Origin: an uncultured delta proteobacterium
Lineage (GTDB): Bacteria > Desulfobacterota > Binatia > Binatales > Binataceae
Length of the DNA: 64,000 nt
Assembly (NCBI GenBank): GCA_963724765.1
Contig: CAVRVY010000003.1
Span: 1,472,001-1,536,000 of the forward strand
Direction of reading: 5' to 3'
How positions within the stretch are numbered: the first letter of the stretch is position 1; every line of letters begins with the position of its first letter. A program made the position numbers and the translations under genes. The notes below the pieces were generated by a model. It saw nothing but the letters and a program-made list of their open reading frames with translations. It was not told where the DNA came from and did no database searches. Below, piece by piece: positions 9,961 through 18,856 of the stretch.

Positions 9961-10461
9961 GTGTCATCCGGATTTTCGATTTACGTTGCCAAGGAGAATC
10001 TGAAATTCTCGGCCGCGCATTTTATCGCCTATCCCGGCTTCCGCGAACCGCTGCACGGGCACAACTACCAGGTCGGCGTGCGCGTCGAAGGACGGTTGTC
10101 GCCGACCGGCTATGTGCTCGACTTCGGCCTGATCAAGCGGCTCACCAGGGAGATCGTCGACCGGCTCGACGAGCGCACGCTGGTGCCGGCCGAGAGCGAC
10201 TGTCTACAGATCGAACATCTGGATAACGGGCAATTGAGGATTTGCTACGGCGCGGATGAATTCCGGCTGCCCGCGAGCGACGCCTGTATTTTGCCGATCG
10301 CGCATAGCTCGGCGGAGGAACTCGCGCGCTTCATCTGGAAGAAACTGTGCGAGGCGTTGCACGCCCAGCAGGCGCTCCAGGGGATAATGTCAATCGAAAT
10401 CTCGGTGGCAGAAGGGCCTGGGCAGGCGGCGATTTACCGCGCCCTGGTGGACGGAGGGTAA
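9961..10461 (+). CDS. 6-pyruvoyl-tetrahydropterin synthase family protein, PTPS-III-type signature
   Basis: FSAAHF...REPLHGHNY (E-x2-HGH with no Cys), LDFG, SSAEELA. Confidence 0.85.
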   Translation: MSSGFSIYVAKENLKFSAAHFIAYPGFREPLHGHNYQVGVRVEGRLSPTGYVLDFGLIKRLTREIVDRLDERTLVPAESDCLQIEHLDNGQLRICYGADEFRLPASDACILPIAHSSAEELARFIWKKLCEALHAQQALQGIMSIEISVAEGPGQAAIYRALVDGG

Positions 10462-10641
10462 AATTTTGGCGCTCGTCTGTGACGCGCTAAATGTTCCTGA
10501 GGACAGTATTGATACTCAGAACCGCGTCTCATATCTCAAGGCCGGGGTACTGTTAGCGTAGCGGTCATTCACTCTCGCTTGTTGGCTATCGTCCTGCGTG
10601 GCACAATCTGAGACTATTTCACTGTTTCACAAGGCCACAGA

Positions 10642-11703
10642 ATGTCATTGGGGGACCGGCAAGTAGTGATCGCGCCCGAGACCAAGACTGATGCCAGTCC
10701 GCGGCCGCCCGCCGAACGCAGTCTCGTCGGCGAACACACCACGATAGTCAAGCTCCGGGCACTGGTCGATCGCGTTGCCGCCACCGATGCGACCGTGCTT
10801 ATCACGGGCGAGAGCGGCACCGGCAAGGAGGTCGTCGCGAGGACGATTCATACCTTGTCGGCGCGGCGCACCCGCGCCTTCGTACCGGTCAACTGCGCGG
10901 CGATTCCACATGAGTTGCTGGAATCCGAGATGTTCGGCCACGAGCGCGGCGCTTTCACGGGCGCCGCGGGGCCGCGCCACGGGCTGTTCAGCACGGCCGA
11001 CGGCGGGACGATCTTCCTCGACGAGATCGGCGAGATGCCGCTGCAACTTCAGGCCAAGCTGCTGCGCGTGTTGGAGGACGGGATCGTCAGGCCGGTGGGC
11101 TCGGACCGCGCGAGCAAGATCGACGCCCGCGTGGTCGCGGCGAGCAATTCCGACCTGGTCGCCGGCGTCAAGAAGGGCAGCTTCCGCGAGGATCTCTTCT
11201 ACCGTTTGCAGGTGGTGCCGATCGCGATCGCGCCGCTGCGCGAGCGCCGCTCCGATATCCCGCTGCTGGTCGACTATTTTCTCTCGCGTCTGCACGCCCG
11301 TCTTACCGGCCGCCACTGGACGGTCTCGCAGGCGGCGATGGTCAGTCTGTGGTCGTATGACTGGCCGGGCAATGTGCGCGAGCTCGAGAACATGATCGAG
11401 CGGCTGGTGATTATGTGCGAGGGTGAGGTGATCGACGCCGAGCTGCTGCCGCCCGGCATGGTGGCCACCACGCGGGCTTCGGAAAATCATGTGCCCGCGA
11501 CGCTGGCCGAGGGCGGGGTAAATCTCAACGCGATAGTGCGCGAGCTCGAGGGCCGCATGATCAACGAGGCCCTGCGCCAGACCGGCGGCAACAAGCAGGC
11601 GGCGGCGCGCCTGCTGGGGCTCAAGCGGACGACCTTTTCAGCCAAGCTGCGGCGCTGTGGCGTGATTGCGCCGGGGGGTGCGGGCTGGAACGACGAATCG
11701 TGA
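10642..11703 (+). CDS. Sigma54-dependent enhancer-binding protein lacking an N-terminal sensor domain
   Basis: [29 protein letters not shown]-terminal Fis-type HTH. Confidence 0.92.
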   Translation: MSLGDRQVVIAPETKTDASPRPPAERSLVGEHTTIVKLRALVDRVAATDATVLITGESGTGKEVVARTIHTLSARRTRAFVPVNCAAIPHELLESEMFGHERGAFTGAAGPRHGLFSTADGGTIFLDEIGEMPLQLQAKLLRVLEDGIVRPVGSDRASKIDARVVAASNSDLVAGVKKGSFREDLFYRLQVVPIAIAPLRERRSDIPLLVDYFLSRLHARLTGRHWTVSQAAMVSLWSYDWPGNVRELENMIERLVIMCEGEVIDAELLPPGMVATTRASENHVPATLAEGGVNLNAIVRELEGRMINEALRQTGGNKQAAARLLGLKRTTFSAKLRRCGVIAPGGAGWNDES

Positions 11704-11717
11704 GGCGATGAACGCTT

Positions 11718-12164
11718 ATGGTGGAGCAATCAGCCAGGCTGCCTCAGATCATGGTGGTCGACGATGATGCCGACACGGTATCGATCCTCGCGCGCCATCT
11801 GCAGCGCGAGGGCTTCGTCGCGATCGAGGCCGTCTCCGGCGCCGAGTGTATCAGGCTCGCGCGCGAAAACCCTGTTGACGTGATTCTGCTCGACCTGATG
11901 ATGCCCGAGATGGACGGCTTCCAGGTCTGCCGCAAGCTCAAGGAAGACCCGTCGACCGCCGAAATTCCGGTCATCATGATCACCGCGCGCGACGACCTCG
12001 ACGCGCGCGCCGAGGGGATGCGCCTGGGGGTGAGCGATTTTCTTGCCAAGCCGGTGTTCCGCCGCCAGCTCGCCACCCGCATCCGCGCCCAGCTCGACAT
12101 GGCGGCGACCGCGCGCGCCAACGAAGCGGCGCTCCATCAGCTCCAGGGCAACTCCAAGAAGTAG
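11718..12164 (+). CDS. Single-domain response regulator
   Basis: VVDDD, LLDLMMPEMDG, MITA, AKP receiver motifs. Confidence 0.9.
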   Translation: MVEQSARLPQIMVVDDDADTVSILARHLQREGFVAIEAVSGAECIRLARENPVDVILLDLMMPEMDGFQVCRKLKEDPSTAEIPVIMITARDDLDARAEGMRLGVSDFLAKPVFRRQLATRIRAQLDMAATARANEAALHQLQGNSKK

Positions 12165-12343
12165 CCGGGCAGAAGTAGCCGGACCGCGCAAACGCTACCG
12201 CGCGCGCGTCTGCGAGCGGCGGTCTTGCGCGGCGAGGGCGGCGCTGCTATCGAAATGCGCTACGGGGACCGATTATTCTAAGGTGTTGCGACGTTCGCAC
12301 TGATTTGCGACCGTTCGCGAAACGGATTGGGAGGTAGAGCGAG

Positions 12344-12712
12344 ATGGACGCACAGAGCGGCGGCAGCACGCCGCAAAATCAGGTGGTCGCGGCACTCGCT
12401 TACCTGTTGGGGCTGGTGACGGGAATTATTTTTCTTTACCTCGAGCCGTACGACAAGGACGAGTTCGTGCGTTTCCATGCGCGCCAGTCGATTGCGTTCT
12501 CGATCGCCTGGTTCGTGATCAACATCGTGCTGGGCGTGTTCATCGCGGTGCTGCCTTTCGGGCTGGGCCGGCTGCTCGCCGGAATTCAGGAACTGATCAA
12601 CCTGGCAATGGCGATCATGTGGATCTTCCTGATGTACAAGGCCTATAGCGGCGAGCGCTATCGTATCCCGGAATTGGCCGATCTCGCCGACAGTTTCTCC
12701 AGGCGGCCGTAG
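12344..12712 (+). CDS. DUF4870-type small membrane protein
   Basis: AALAYLLG, FVRFHARQS, MYKAYSGERYRIP; GGAGG RBS. Confidence 0.8.
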   Translation: MDAQSGGSTPQNQVVAALAYLLGLVTGIIFLYLEPYDKDEFVRFHARQSIAFSIAWFVINIVLGVFIAVLPFGLGRLLAGIQELINLAMAIMWIFLMYKAYSGERYRIPELADLADSFSRRP

Positions 12713-12787
12713 GCGGGCAGGTCTCGCGCCCGTCCGATCGCGTCGCAGCTGGCGCGGCGCGCTGGTACATTCAGGCTACGCTTACGC

Positions 12788-14050
12788 TCAAATCCACGCG
12801 TGTCGCGGCGGCCTGACGTTGTTCAGGTAGTAGTTGCCGACGGCATGGTATTTCCAGCGCACCGGATCATGCAGCGTGTGGGTGCGGGCGTTGCGCCAGT
12901 GGCGGTCCAGATTGTGGACTCCCAGCGTCGAGCGCCTTCCCGCCAGCTCAAACAGCCGATTGGTCGCCAGGATCGCTATCTCGGTGGTCAGCGCCTTGGC
13001 CTCGGCCACTGCGATCGAAGCCGCGGCGACGCTATCCTCGTTGGGCCGCGCGATTGCGGCGTCGACGAAGCGCCCGGCGCGCTCGAGTATGGCCTCGGCG
13101 GCATGCAGGCGGATTTGCAGATCGCCGACCAGAGCTATGGCATGCACGTCCTCATAGCCGTGCTCCTGTCCACTGTCGATCCATGGACGCGTGTGATTGC
13201 GCACGAAGTGAATCGTATCGGCGATCGCGGCCTTTGCGATTCCGGCGTCGACGGCGGCCTGGATGATCTGGCATACCGGGCCGTTCGCGGTCGGCTGGTC
13301 GTAGGCGCGATGCGCCGGCACGACGTGACTTGCGGGCACCACGACGTTCTCCAGCAGCACGGTGCCGCTCGCGGTGGTGCGCTGGCCGAAACTTGACCAG
13401 TCATCGATGATCGTCAATCCTGGCGCGCCGCGCTCGACTATCGCCAGGAACAGCTTGCCGGTTTCGTCCACCGCCGCTACCGGCACCAGGTGCGCCAGCA
13501 GCGCGCCGCTGCAATAGAACTTGCGCCCGTTGAGCACAGAGCCGTCCGCGCCGTGGGCGATACGGGTCTGAAAATCGCCCGCGGTCTTGCTGCCGGATTC
13601 CGCAAACGCGTTGCCGAAACGGACGCCGCGCAACGCCTCGCCAAAGAACAAGCGCTTCTGCTCTTCGTCGGCGCTTAGCCGGATGATATCGAGCACAGCG
13701 AGATGATTTTGTGGAATCTGGCCGATCGACGGGTCGGCGGCCGAGATGATTTTGATCACCTCGGCGACCGTGACGTAAGAGACCTCGGCTCCGCCGTACG
13801 CCCTTGGCACGTTGATTCCCCAAAGGCCGCTTTGGGAAAACTCGTCCAGCTCCTTTAGCGGCAGGCGGCGCTCGCGATCGCGATCCGACGCCTCACTGGC
13901 GAAGCCTTCGGCCAGGCGATGCGCGATGCGGATAGCCTCGGCGTCGTCGCGGATGACATGAGCCGCAACCTCGGGCCGCGGCGGCGCAAACGTGCGCGCC
14001 TGCGCCTGGCCATTAGCTGAAGGATGGGACAACAACTGCGATGCGCTCAC
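12788..14050 (-). CDS. sfnB: SfnB/DszC-family sulfur acquisition oxidoreductase (acyl-CoA dehydrogenase fold)
   Basis: ADPSIGQIPQNH, DDWSSFGQRTTASG, DRHWRNARTHTLHDP, PPRHAWI. Confidence 0.85.
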   Translation of the reverse strand: MSASQLLSHPSANGQAQARTFAPPRPEVAAHVIRDDAEAIRIAHRLAEGFASEASDRDRERRLPLKELDEFSQSGLWGINVPRAYGGAEVSYVTVAEVIKIISAADPSIGQIPQNHLAVLDIIRLSADEEQKRLFFGEALRGVRFGNAFAESGSKTAGDFQTRIAHGADGSVLNGRKFYCSGALLAHLVPVAAVDETGKLFLAIVERGAPGLTIIDDWSSFGQRTTASGTVLLENVVVPASHVVPAHRAYDQPTANGPVCQIIQAAVDAGIAKAAIADTIHFVRNHTRPWIDSGQEHGYEDVHAIALVGDLQIRLHAAEAILERAGRFVDAAIARPNEDSVAAASIAVAEAKALTTEIAILATNRLFELAGRRSTLGVHNLDRHWRNARTHTLHDPVRWKYHAVGNYYLNNVRPPRHAWI

Positions 14051-15498
14051 GATAACCTCCCGAGGGCTTGCCCGAGATTTTGCCCCAGATTTTGACTATC
14101 GCCGACAATCGGCGCCGGCGCGGCGGCATCGCTGCGATGACGATAGACGTTCGCCGGATGGCTTTCCGGCAGCCGCGCGCGTCCGGGCCCATAGAGCTTT
14201 TCGCGCAGCGTGCCGTCGCGATACTCGCGCTTGTAGACCCCGCGCCGCTGCAGTTCCGGCACCACCAGGTCGACGAAATCGGTAAAGCTCTCCGGCGTCA
14301 CCGCATAGCAGAGGTTGAAGCCGTCGATGTCGGTCGCTTCGACCCAGGCCTCGAGTTCATCGGCTATCTGTTCGGGCGATCCGACGAGAATGGGGCCCAT
14401 CCCGCCGATGCCGACGAATTCGGCGATCTCGCGCACGGTCCAGGTCCGGTTAGGATCGGCGAGCGTGAAGGCCTCGACCGCCGAGTTGATCGCGTCGTTT
14501 TTGAGGTAACGAATCGGATCGTCGAGCGAGTAGCGCGAGAAATCGATCCCGGTCCATCCCGAGACCAGTGTCAGCGCGCCGGCGTGGCTGATATGACTGC
14601 GGTAGTCGTCGAATTTGGCCTTCGCCTCGGCCTCGGTGCGTCCGACGATCACGGTCATCAGGGTGAAGATCAGGATTTCCGCCGGATTGCGGCCGTAGCG
14701 CGCAGCGCGCTGGCGAATGTCCGCGACGCGCGGCGCGACCACTTGCTTTGACGGCCCCAGCAGGAACACGCACTCGGCGTGCCGCGCGGCGAACTCGCAT
14801 CCGCGATTCGAGGCGCCCGCCTGATACAGCACCGGAGTGCGTTGCGGCGAAGGCTCGCACAGATGAATCGCGTCGACGCGATAGTTCTCGCCCTCATGGT
14901 GAATCTTATGGACCTTCTCGGGCCGTGCGAAGATGCGGTTGTGGCGGTCGCGCACCACTGCGTCGTCCTCCCAACTTCCCTCCCACAGCTTGTAGACGAC
15001 TTCCATGTATTCGTCGGCGATGTCGTAGCGGTGGTCGTGGGCGTTCTGCGCATCCATCCCGACCCCCTTCGCCGCGCTGTTGAGGTAGCCGGTCACGATG
15101 TTCCATCCAATCCGCCCGCGCGTCAGATGATCCAGCGTCGACATCCGGCGCGCGAAAGGATAGGGCGGTTCGAACGAGAGCGTGCAGGTCACGCCGAATC
15201 CGAGATGCCTGGTGACCTGCGCCATCGGCGGGATCACTAGCACGGGGTCGTTGAGCGGCACCTGGATGCCCTGGCTGAGCGCGGTGTCGACGTTGCCGCC
15301 ATAAACGTCGTAAACCCCGAGCACGTCGGCGATGAACAGGCCGTCGAAGCGTCCGCGCTCCAGGATTTGCGCGAGCTCAGTCCAGTATTCCAGGCTGGTG
15401 TAGTCCACGGCCCGATCGCGTGGATGAGTCCACAGGCCGGCCGACTGATGCACGACGCAGTTCATGTCGAACGCGTTGAGACGAATTTCTTTGGTCAC
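14047..15498 (-). CDS. NtaA/DszA/SnaA-family LLM flavin-dependent monooxygenase
   Basis: LNAFDMNCVVHQSAGLW, FIADVLG, GWNIVT, PSPQRTPVLYQAG; GTGA overlap with sfnB. Confidence 0.9.
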   Translation of the reverse strand: MTKEIRLNAFDMNCVVHQSAGLWTHPRDRAVDYTSLEYWTELAQILERGRFDGLFIADVLGVYDVYGGNVDTALSQGIQVPLNDPVLVIPPMAQVTRHLGFGVTCTLSFEPPYPFARRMSTLDHLTRGRIGWNIVTGYLNSAAKGVGMDAQNAHDHRYDIADEYMEVVYKLWEGSWEDDAVVRDRHNRIFARPEKVHKIHHEGENYRVDAIHLCEPSPQRTPVLYQAGASNRGCEFAARHAECVFLLGPSKQVVAPRVADIRQRAARYGRNPAEILIFTLMTVIVGRTEAEAKAKFDDYRSHISHAGALTLVSGWTGIDFSRYSLDDPIRYLKNDAINSAVEAFTLADPNRTWTVREIAEFVGIGGMGPILVGSPEQIADELEAWVEATDIDGFNLCYAVTPESFTDFVDLVVPELQRRGVYKREYRDGTLREKLYGPGRARLPESHPANVYRHRSDAAAPAPIVGDSQNLGQNLGQALGRLS

Positions 15499-15545
15499 GG
15501 TACCGTTCCCTCGAAATCCCCAAGACTTGCGAATAAAAACATGAC

Positions 15546-15595
15546 TTATCCGAGAATTTTAGTCAATTAATTAGATGAGTAAATAAGTCAGCTAT
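15546..15595. promoter_or_regulatory. Two abutting 25-bp IscR type-1-like Rrf2 operator sites
   Basis: TTATCCGAGAATTTTAGTCAATTAA (19/25) and TTAGATGAGTAAATAAGTCAGCTAT (21/25) against the recalled consensus ATASYYGACTRWWWYAGTCRRSTAT; AT-rich divergent promoter next to an Rrf2 gene. Confidence 0.7.
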
Positions 15596-15640
15596 TTCTA
15601 GATGACCGCCGTACATGCTAAAATTCCCTAGAGGATTCGA

Positions 15641-16078
15641 ATGAAATTTGGCGTCGGGGTCGACTATTCGCTCAAGGCGTTGCTGATGCTGGCGGACCGC
15701 TATCCGAACCCGCAGCCGTTGCGCGTGGAGGAGATCGCGGCCGTGCAGGGGGTGCCGGAGAACTACCTGCGCCGCCTGCTGATCGAGCTCAAGCGCGGCG
15801 GCCTGGTGCTGAGCCAGAAGGGGCCGAGCGGAGGCTACATGCTGGCGCGTCCGCCCGCGCGGATCACGATGGCCGACGTGGTCGAGATAATCGAGGGAGA
15901 TTACACGCCGGTGGAGTGCCTGGAGGACGGCGCGAATTCGTTCTGTCCGCGCGACAGCGGATGCCCGATGCGCGACGTGTGGCGCGAAGTGCGCGACAGC
16001 GTGGTGGGCATCCTGCGCAACGCGACCCTGCAATCGCTCGGCGACCGCCGCAAGTCAGCCGTGATGTACCAAATCTGA
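15641..16078 (+). CDS. Rrf2-family transcriptional regulator (IscR/CymR-like)
   Basis: SQKGPSGGYMLARPP wing motif, three Cys, C-terminal MYQI. Confidence 0.92.
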   Translation: MKFGVGVDYSLKALLMLADRYPNPQPLRVEEIAAVQGVPENYLRRLLIELKRGGLVLSQKGPSGGYMLARPPARITMADVVEIIEGDYTPVECLEDGANSFCPRDSGCPMRDVWREVRDSVVGILRNATLQSLGDRRKSAVMYQI

Positions 16079-16080
16079 TT

Positions 16081-16803
16081 TCAAGCCTTGCCGTATACGG
16101 GGACCACTGCACCCGAGGTCACGCGGCAATCTTCCGAGCAGAGATACGCGATCGTCCGCGCGATGTCGTCGGGCTTGACCCAGTTCTCGTGTTTCGCTTT
16201 GGGCATCGCCTTGCGATTCGCCTCGGTGTCGATAGTGCTCGGGGCGATCGCGTTGACCAGGATGTTGTCGCCGAGCACCTCTTCGGCGAGCGAGGCGGTG
16301 AAGGTCTTTATCGCGCCCTTGGCCACCGCGTAGGCCGTGTAGTCGCCGGCGCCGGTAAGCCCGCTGCGCGAGCTGACCGAGACGATACGCCCATACCCGT
16401 TGCGCTTCATCGCCGGCACCGCCGCGCGGCAGCATAGAAACGTCGGCTTTAGATGGAGGTCGAACATCGATTGCCATTCGGCGAGTGTGGTTTCGGCCAC
16501 CGGCTTGCCGCCCCAGAATCCCCCGACCAGGTTGACCAGGATGTCGAGCTTGCCGAAACTGTGCAGCACTTCGTCGACCAGCTTCGTGATTTGTTCCTCG
16601 ACGCCGACGTCGCACTTTCGCATCAGGATCTGCGAGGACGGGAAGCGATTGCCGAGACGCTGCTCCACCAATGGGACTTCGGCCTCGACGATGTAGGGCA
16701 CGGCGACTTTCGCGCCTGCGATCAGAAAATATTCGACCGCGGCGCGGCCAAGCGCGCCCGATCCGCCGGTTATGATCGCAACGCGGCCTTCCAGCAGTTC
16801 CAT
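16081..16803 (-). CDS. SDR-family oxidoreductase
   Basis: ITGGSGALG and YAVAK motifs; GGAGG RBS before ATG 16803. Confidence 0.9.
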   Translation of the reverse strand: MELLEGRVAIITGGSGALGRAAVEYFLIAGAKVAVPYIVEAEVPLVEQRLGNRFPSSQILMRKCDVGVEEQITKLVDEVLHSFGKLDILVNLVGGFWGGKPVAETTLAEWQSMFDLHLKPTFLCCRAAVPAMKRNGYGRIVSVSSRSGLTGAGDYTAYAVAKGAIKTFTASLAEEVLGDNILVNAIAPSTIDTEANRKAMPKAKHENWVKPDDIARTIAYLCSEDCRVTSGAVVPVYGKA

Positions 16804-17017
16804 CGATGAAACCTCCCCCGGGGTGGTTGATCGTTGATCGATTCGCCTCGGCCCGATGAGCCGGCTATACCGCGTCAATGCGGGGGCGGGGCGTGAGCCG
16901 CGTTAACGAGCGCAGAATCCAGCCGGCAACGCCCTCTCGCATATGGTCTCCGCGATACGAGTTGCCGGGCTCGATCGCGCCCGCGACGCCTGGCGCCGCG
17001 GGCGCGGAAGGCGCACG

Positions 17018-17599
17018 TTACTTCAGGTTGGCGTTGGCGAAGTCCCAGTTGACCAGGCTCCACCACGCCTCGACATACTTCGCACGCGCATTGCGATAGT
17101 CGATGTAGTAGGCGTGCTCCCACACGTCGCAGGTCAGGATCGGCCTGATATTGTGGGCCACCGGCGAGTCGGCGTCGTGGGTCGCGATGACGTCCAGCGC
17201 GCCGTCGGACTTCTCCACCAGCCAGGCCCATCCGCTGCCGAAATGAGTGGTCGCCGTTTCAGAGAACTTTTTCTTGAAAGCAGCGAAGTCGCCGAAGGCC
17301 TTCTTGATCCCGTCGGCCACTTTGCCGGCCGGCTCACCACCGCCTTTCGGCTTCATCGAGGTCCAATAGAAGCTATGGTTGAAATGCTGGGCCGCGTTGT
17401 TGAACAGGCCGCCGGGGCCGGCCTCCTTGATGATCTGTTCGAGCGGCGCGTTCTCGAACTTGCCGCCCTTGATCAGGTTATTGAGATTAGTGACGTAGGT
17501 AGCGTGATGTTTACCGTGATGAAACTCAAGGGTCTCGGCAGAGATATGAGGCGCCAGAGCGTCCATCGCGTAGGGCAGCTTGGGAAGTTCAAAAGCCAT
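17018..17599 (-). CDS. sodB: Fe/Mn superoxide dismutase (Fe-type AAQ signature)
   Basis: HHGKHH, FNNAAQHFNH, FGSGWAW, DVWEHAYY. Confidence 0.95.
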   Translation of the reverse strand: MAFELPKLPYAMDALAPHISAETLEFHHGKHHATYVTNLNNLIKGGKFENAPLEQIIKEAGPGGLFNNAAQHFNHSFYWTSMKPKGGGEPAGKVADGIKKAFGDFAAFKKKFSETATTHFGSGWAWLVEKSDGALDVIATHDADSPVAHNIRPILTCDVWEHAYYIDYRNARAKYVEAWWSLVNWDFANANLK

Positions 17600-17822
17600 G
17601 ATCGGGGTACCTTCCTTTTCGGAGAGTTAAACTTGCGGACCACCGGCAAAATACCGGAGCGTCTTCGCCGGGGCGGAATGAACAAAATCCGCACGCGCGT
17701 GCATAGGTGCAACAGTAATTAAATTAACCCGCCCGTCGCGCGGCTTGCAAGTTTGGCGGCCGAGCTGCCGGCGGCCACGGCTGTAAGTCGTGCCGCAGGG
17801 AACCTAGCTGGAAGTCGCGCCG

Positions 17823-18449
17823 CTAGAAGTCTCGACGATTGTTGAGCGCGCTCGAGAGCGTGGCGGCGTCGCTATACTCCAGGTCGCCGCCGGCCGGCAG
17901 GCCGCGGGCGAGCCGGGTGGTCTTGACCCCCAGCGGCTTCAACAGCCGCGCCAGGTAGAGCGCGGTCGCTTCGCCCTCGACGGTTGCATTGGTCGCGATT
18001 ATGACCTCGCGCACCGCCGCTGGATCTTCAAGGCGCATCAGCAGTTCCTTCATCTTGAGGTCGTCGGGGCCGATACCGTCGAGCGGCGCGACCGCGCCAT
18101 GCAGCACGTGATAGAGGCCGCCGAAACTGCGCGCCCGCTCGATCGCCATCAGGTCGGCTGGCCCCTCGACCACGCAAATCACGTCGTGCTCGCGCTCGGG
18201 GTCCTCGCAGATGCGGCAGCGCGGCGCGTCGGCGAGCGCGAAGCATTGCGCGCAAAGCCCCACCCGCTCCTTCATCTCGAGCAGCGCCTCGGCCAGCGCG
18301 ATAACTTCGTCCCGAGGACGGTTTAACAAATTGAACGCCAGGCGCGAGGCGGTCTTTTCGCCCACGCCGGGCAGGCGGGAAAGCTCGCGCACCAGCCGCA
18401 TCATCGCGGGCGGCAAGCCGTCGGCGCGTTTGAGATTGTTCTCGGCCAT
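17823..18449 (-). CDS. recR: Recombination mediator RecR
   Basis: LPGVGEKTASRL, C4 zinc finger, YHVLHG, ATVEGEATALY. Confidence 0.96.
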   Translation of the reverse strand: MAENNLKRADGLPPAMMRLVRELSRLPGVGEKTASRLAFNLLNRPRDEVIALAEALLEMKERVGLCAQCFALADAPRCRICEDPEREHDVICVVEGPADLMAIERARSFGGLYHVLHGAVAPLDGIGPDDLKMKELLMRLEDPAAVREVIIATNATVEGEATALYLARLLKPLGVKTTRLARGLPAGGDLEYSDAATLSSALNNRRDF

Positions 18450-18510
18450 CGATTTCTATGTGCGCCGGCTCTATCCGCCAAATCCGCCGATGCGCGCGGC
18501 TGCGCCCGCG

Positions 18511-18852
18511 CTATCCGCGGCCGCCGAAGATGCCTGGGGGCAGTGTCATCCCGGCCATCGGCCCGAGCTTGCCCATCTCCTGAGCCACCAGCTCTTGCGC
18601 GCGACGCAGCCCATCGTTGACCGCGACCACGATCAAATCCTCCATCATCGCCTTGTCATCCGTCGCGGCGATTGACGGGTCGATTTCAATCTTGCGTATG
18701 CGCATCGAACCGTCGACTACCACGCGTACCATCCCGCCGCCGGACTGCGCCTCGACGGTCTTTTCGGCCGCCTCGACCTGTAGCTGCTTGAGCTTTTCTT
18801 GCAGAGCCTGGGCTTGGCGCAGCATCGCGGAAAAATCAAATTCGTCGGGCAC
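18511..18852 (-). CDS. ybaB: YbaB/EbfC nucleoid-associated protein
   Basis: SGGGMVRV and EDLIVVAVNDG motifs; synteny; GTG start after AGGAG. Confidence 0.92.
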   Translation of the reverse strand: MPDEFDFSAMLRQAQALQEKLKQLQVEAAEKTVEAQSGGGMVRVVVDGSMRIRKIEIDPSIAATDDKAMMEDLIVVAVNDGLRRAQELVAQEMGKLGPMAGMTLPPGIFGGRG

Positions 18853-18856
18853 GGCG

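Noticed and set aside
9961-10461. queD beside a helicase-nuclease pair as a 7-deazaguanine DNA modification or defence system
   Set aside because: The helicase-nuclease pair is ordinary AddAB, the enzyme lacks the QueD Cys, and no dpd, queC or queE genes are present
10598-10614. TGGCAC upstream of the sigma54 activator as a sigma54 promoter
   Set aside because: The -12 position reads GA rather than GC
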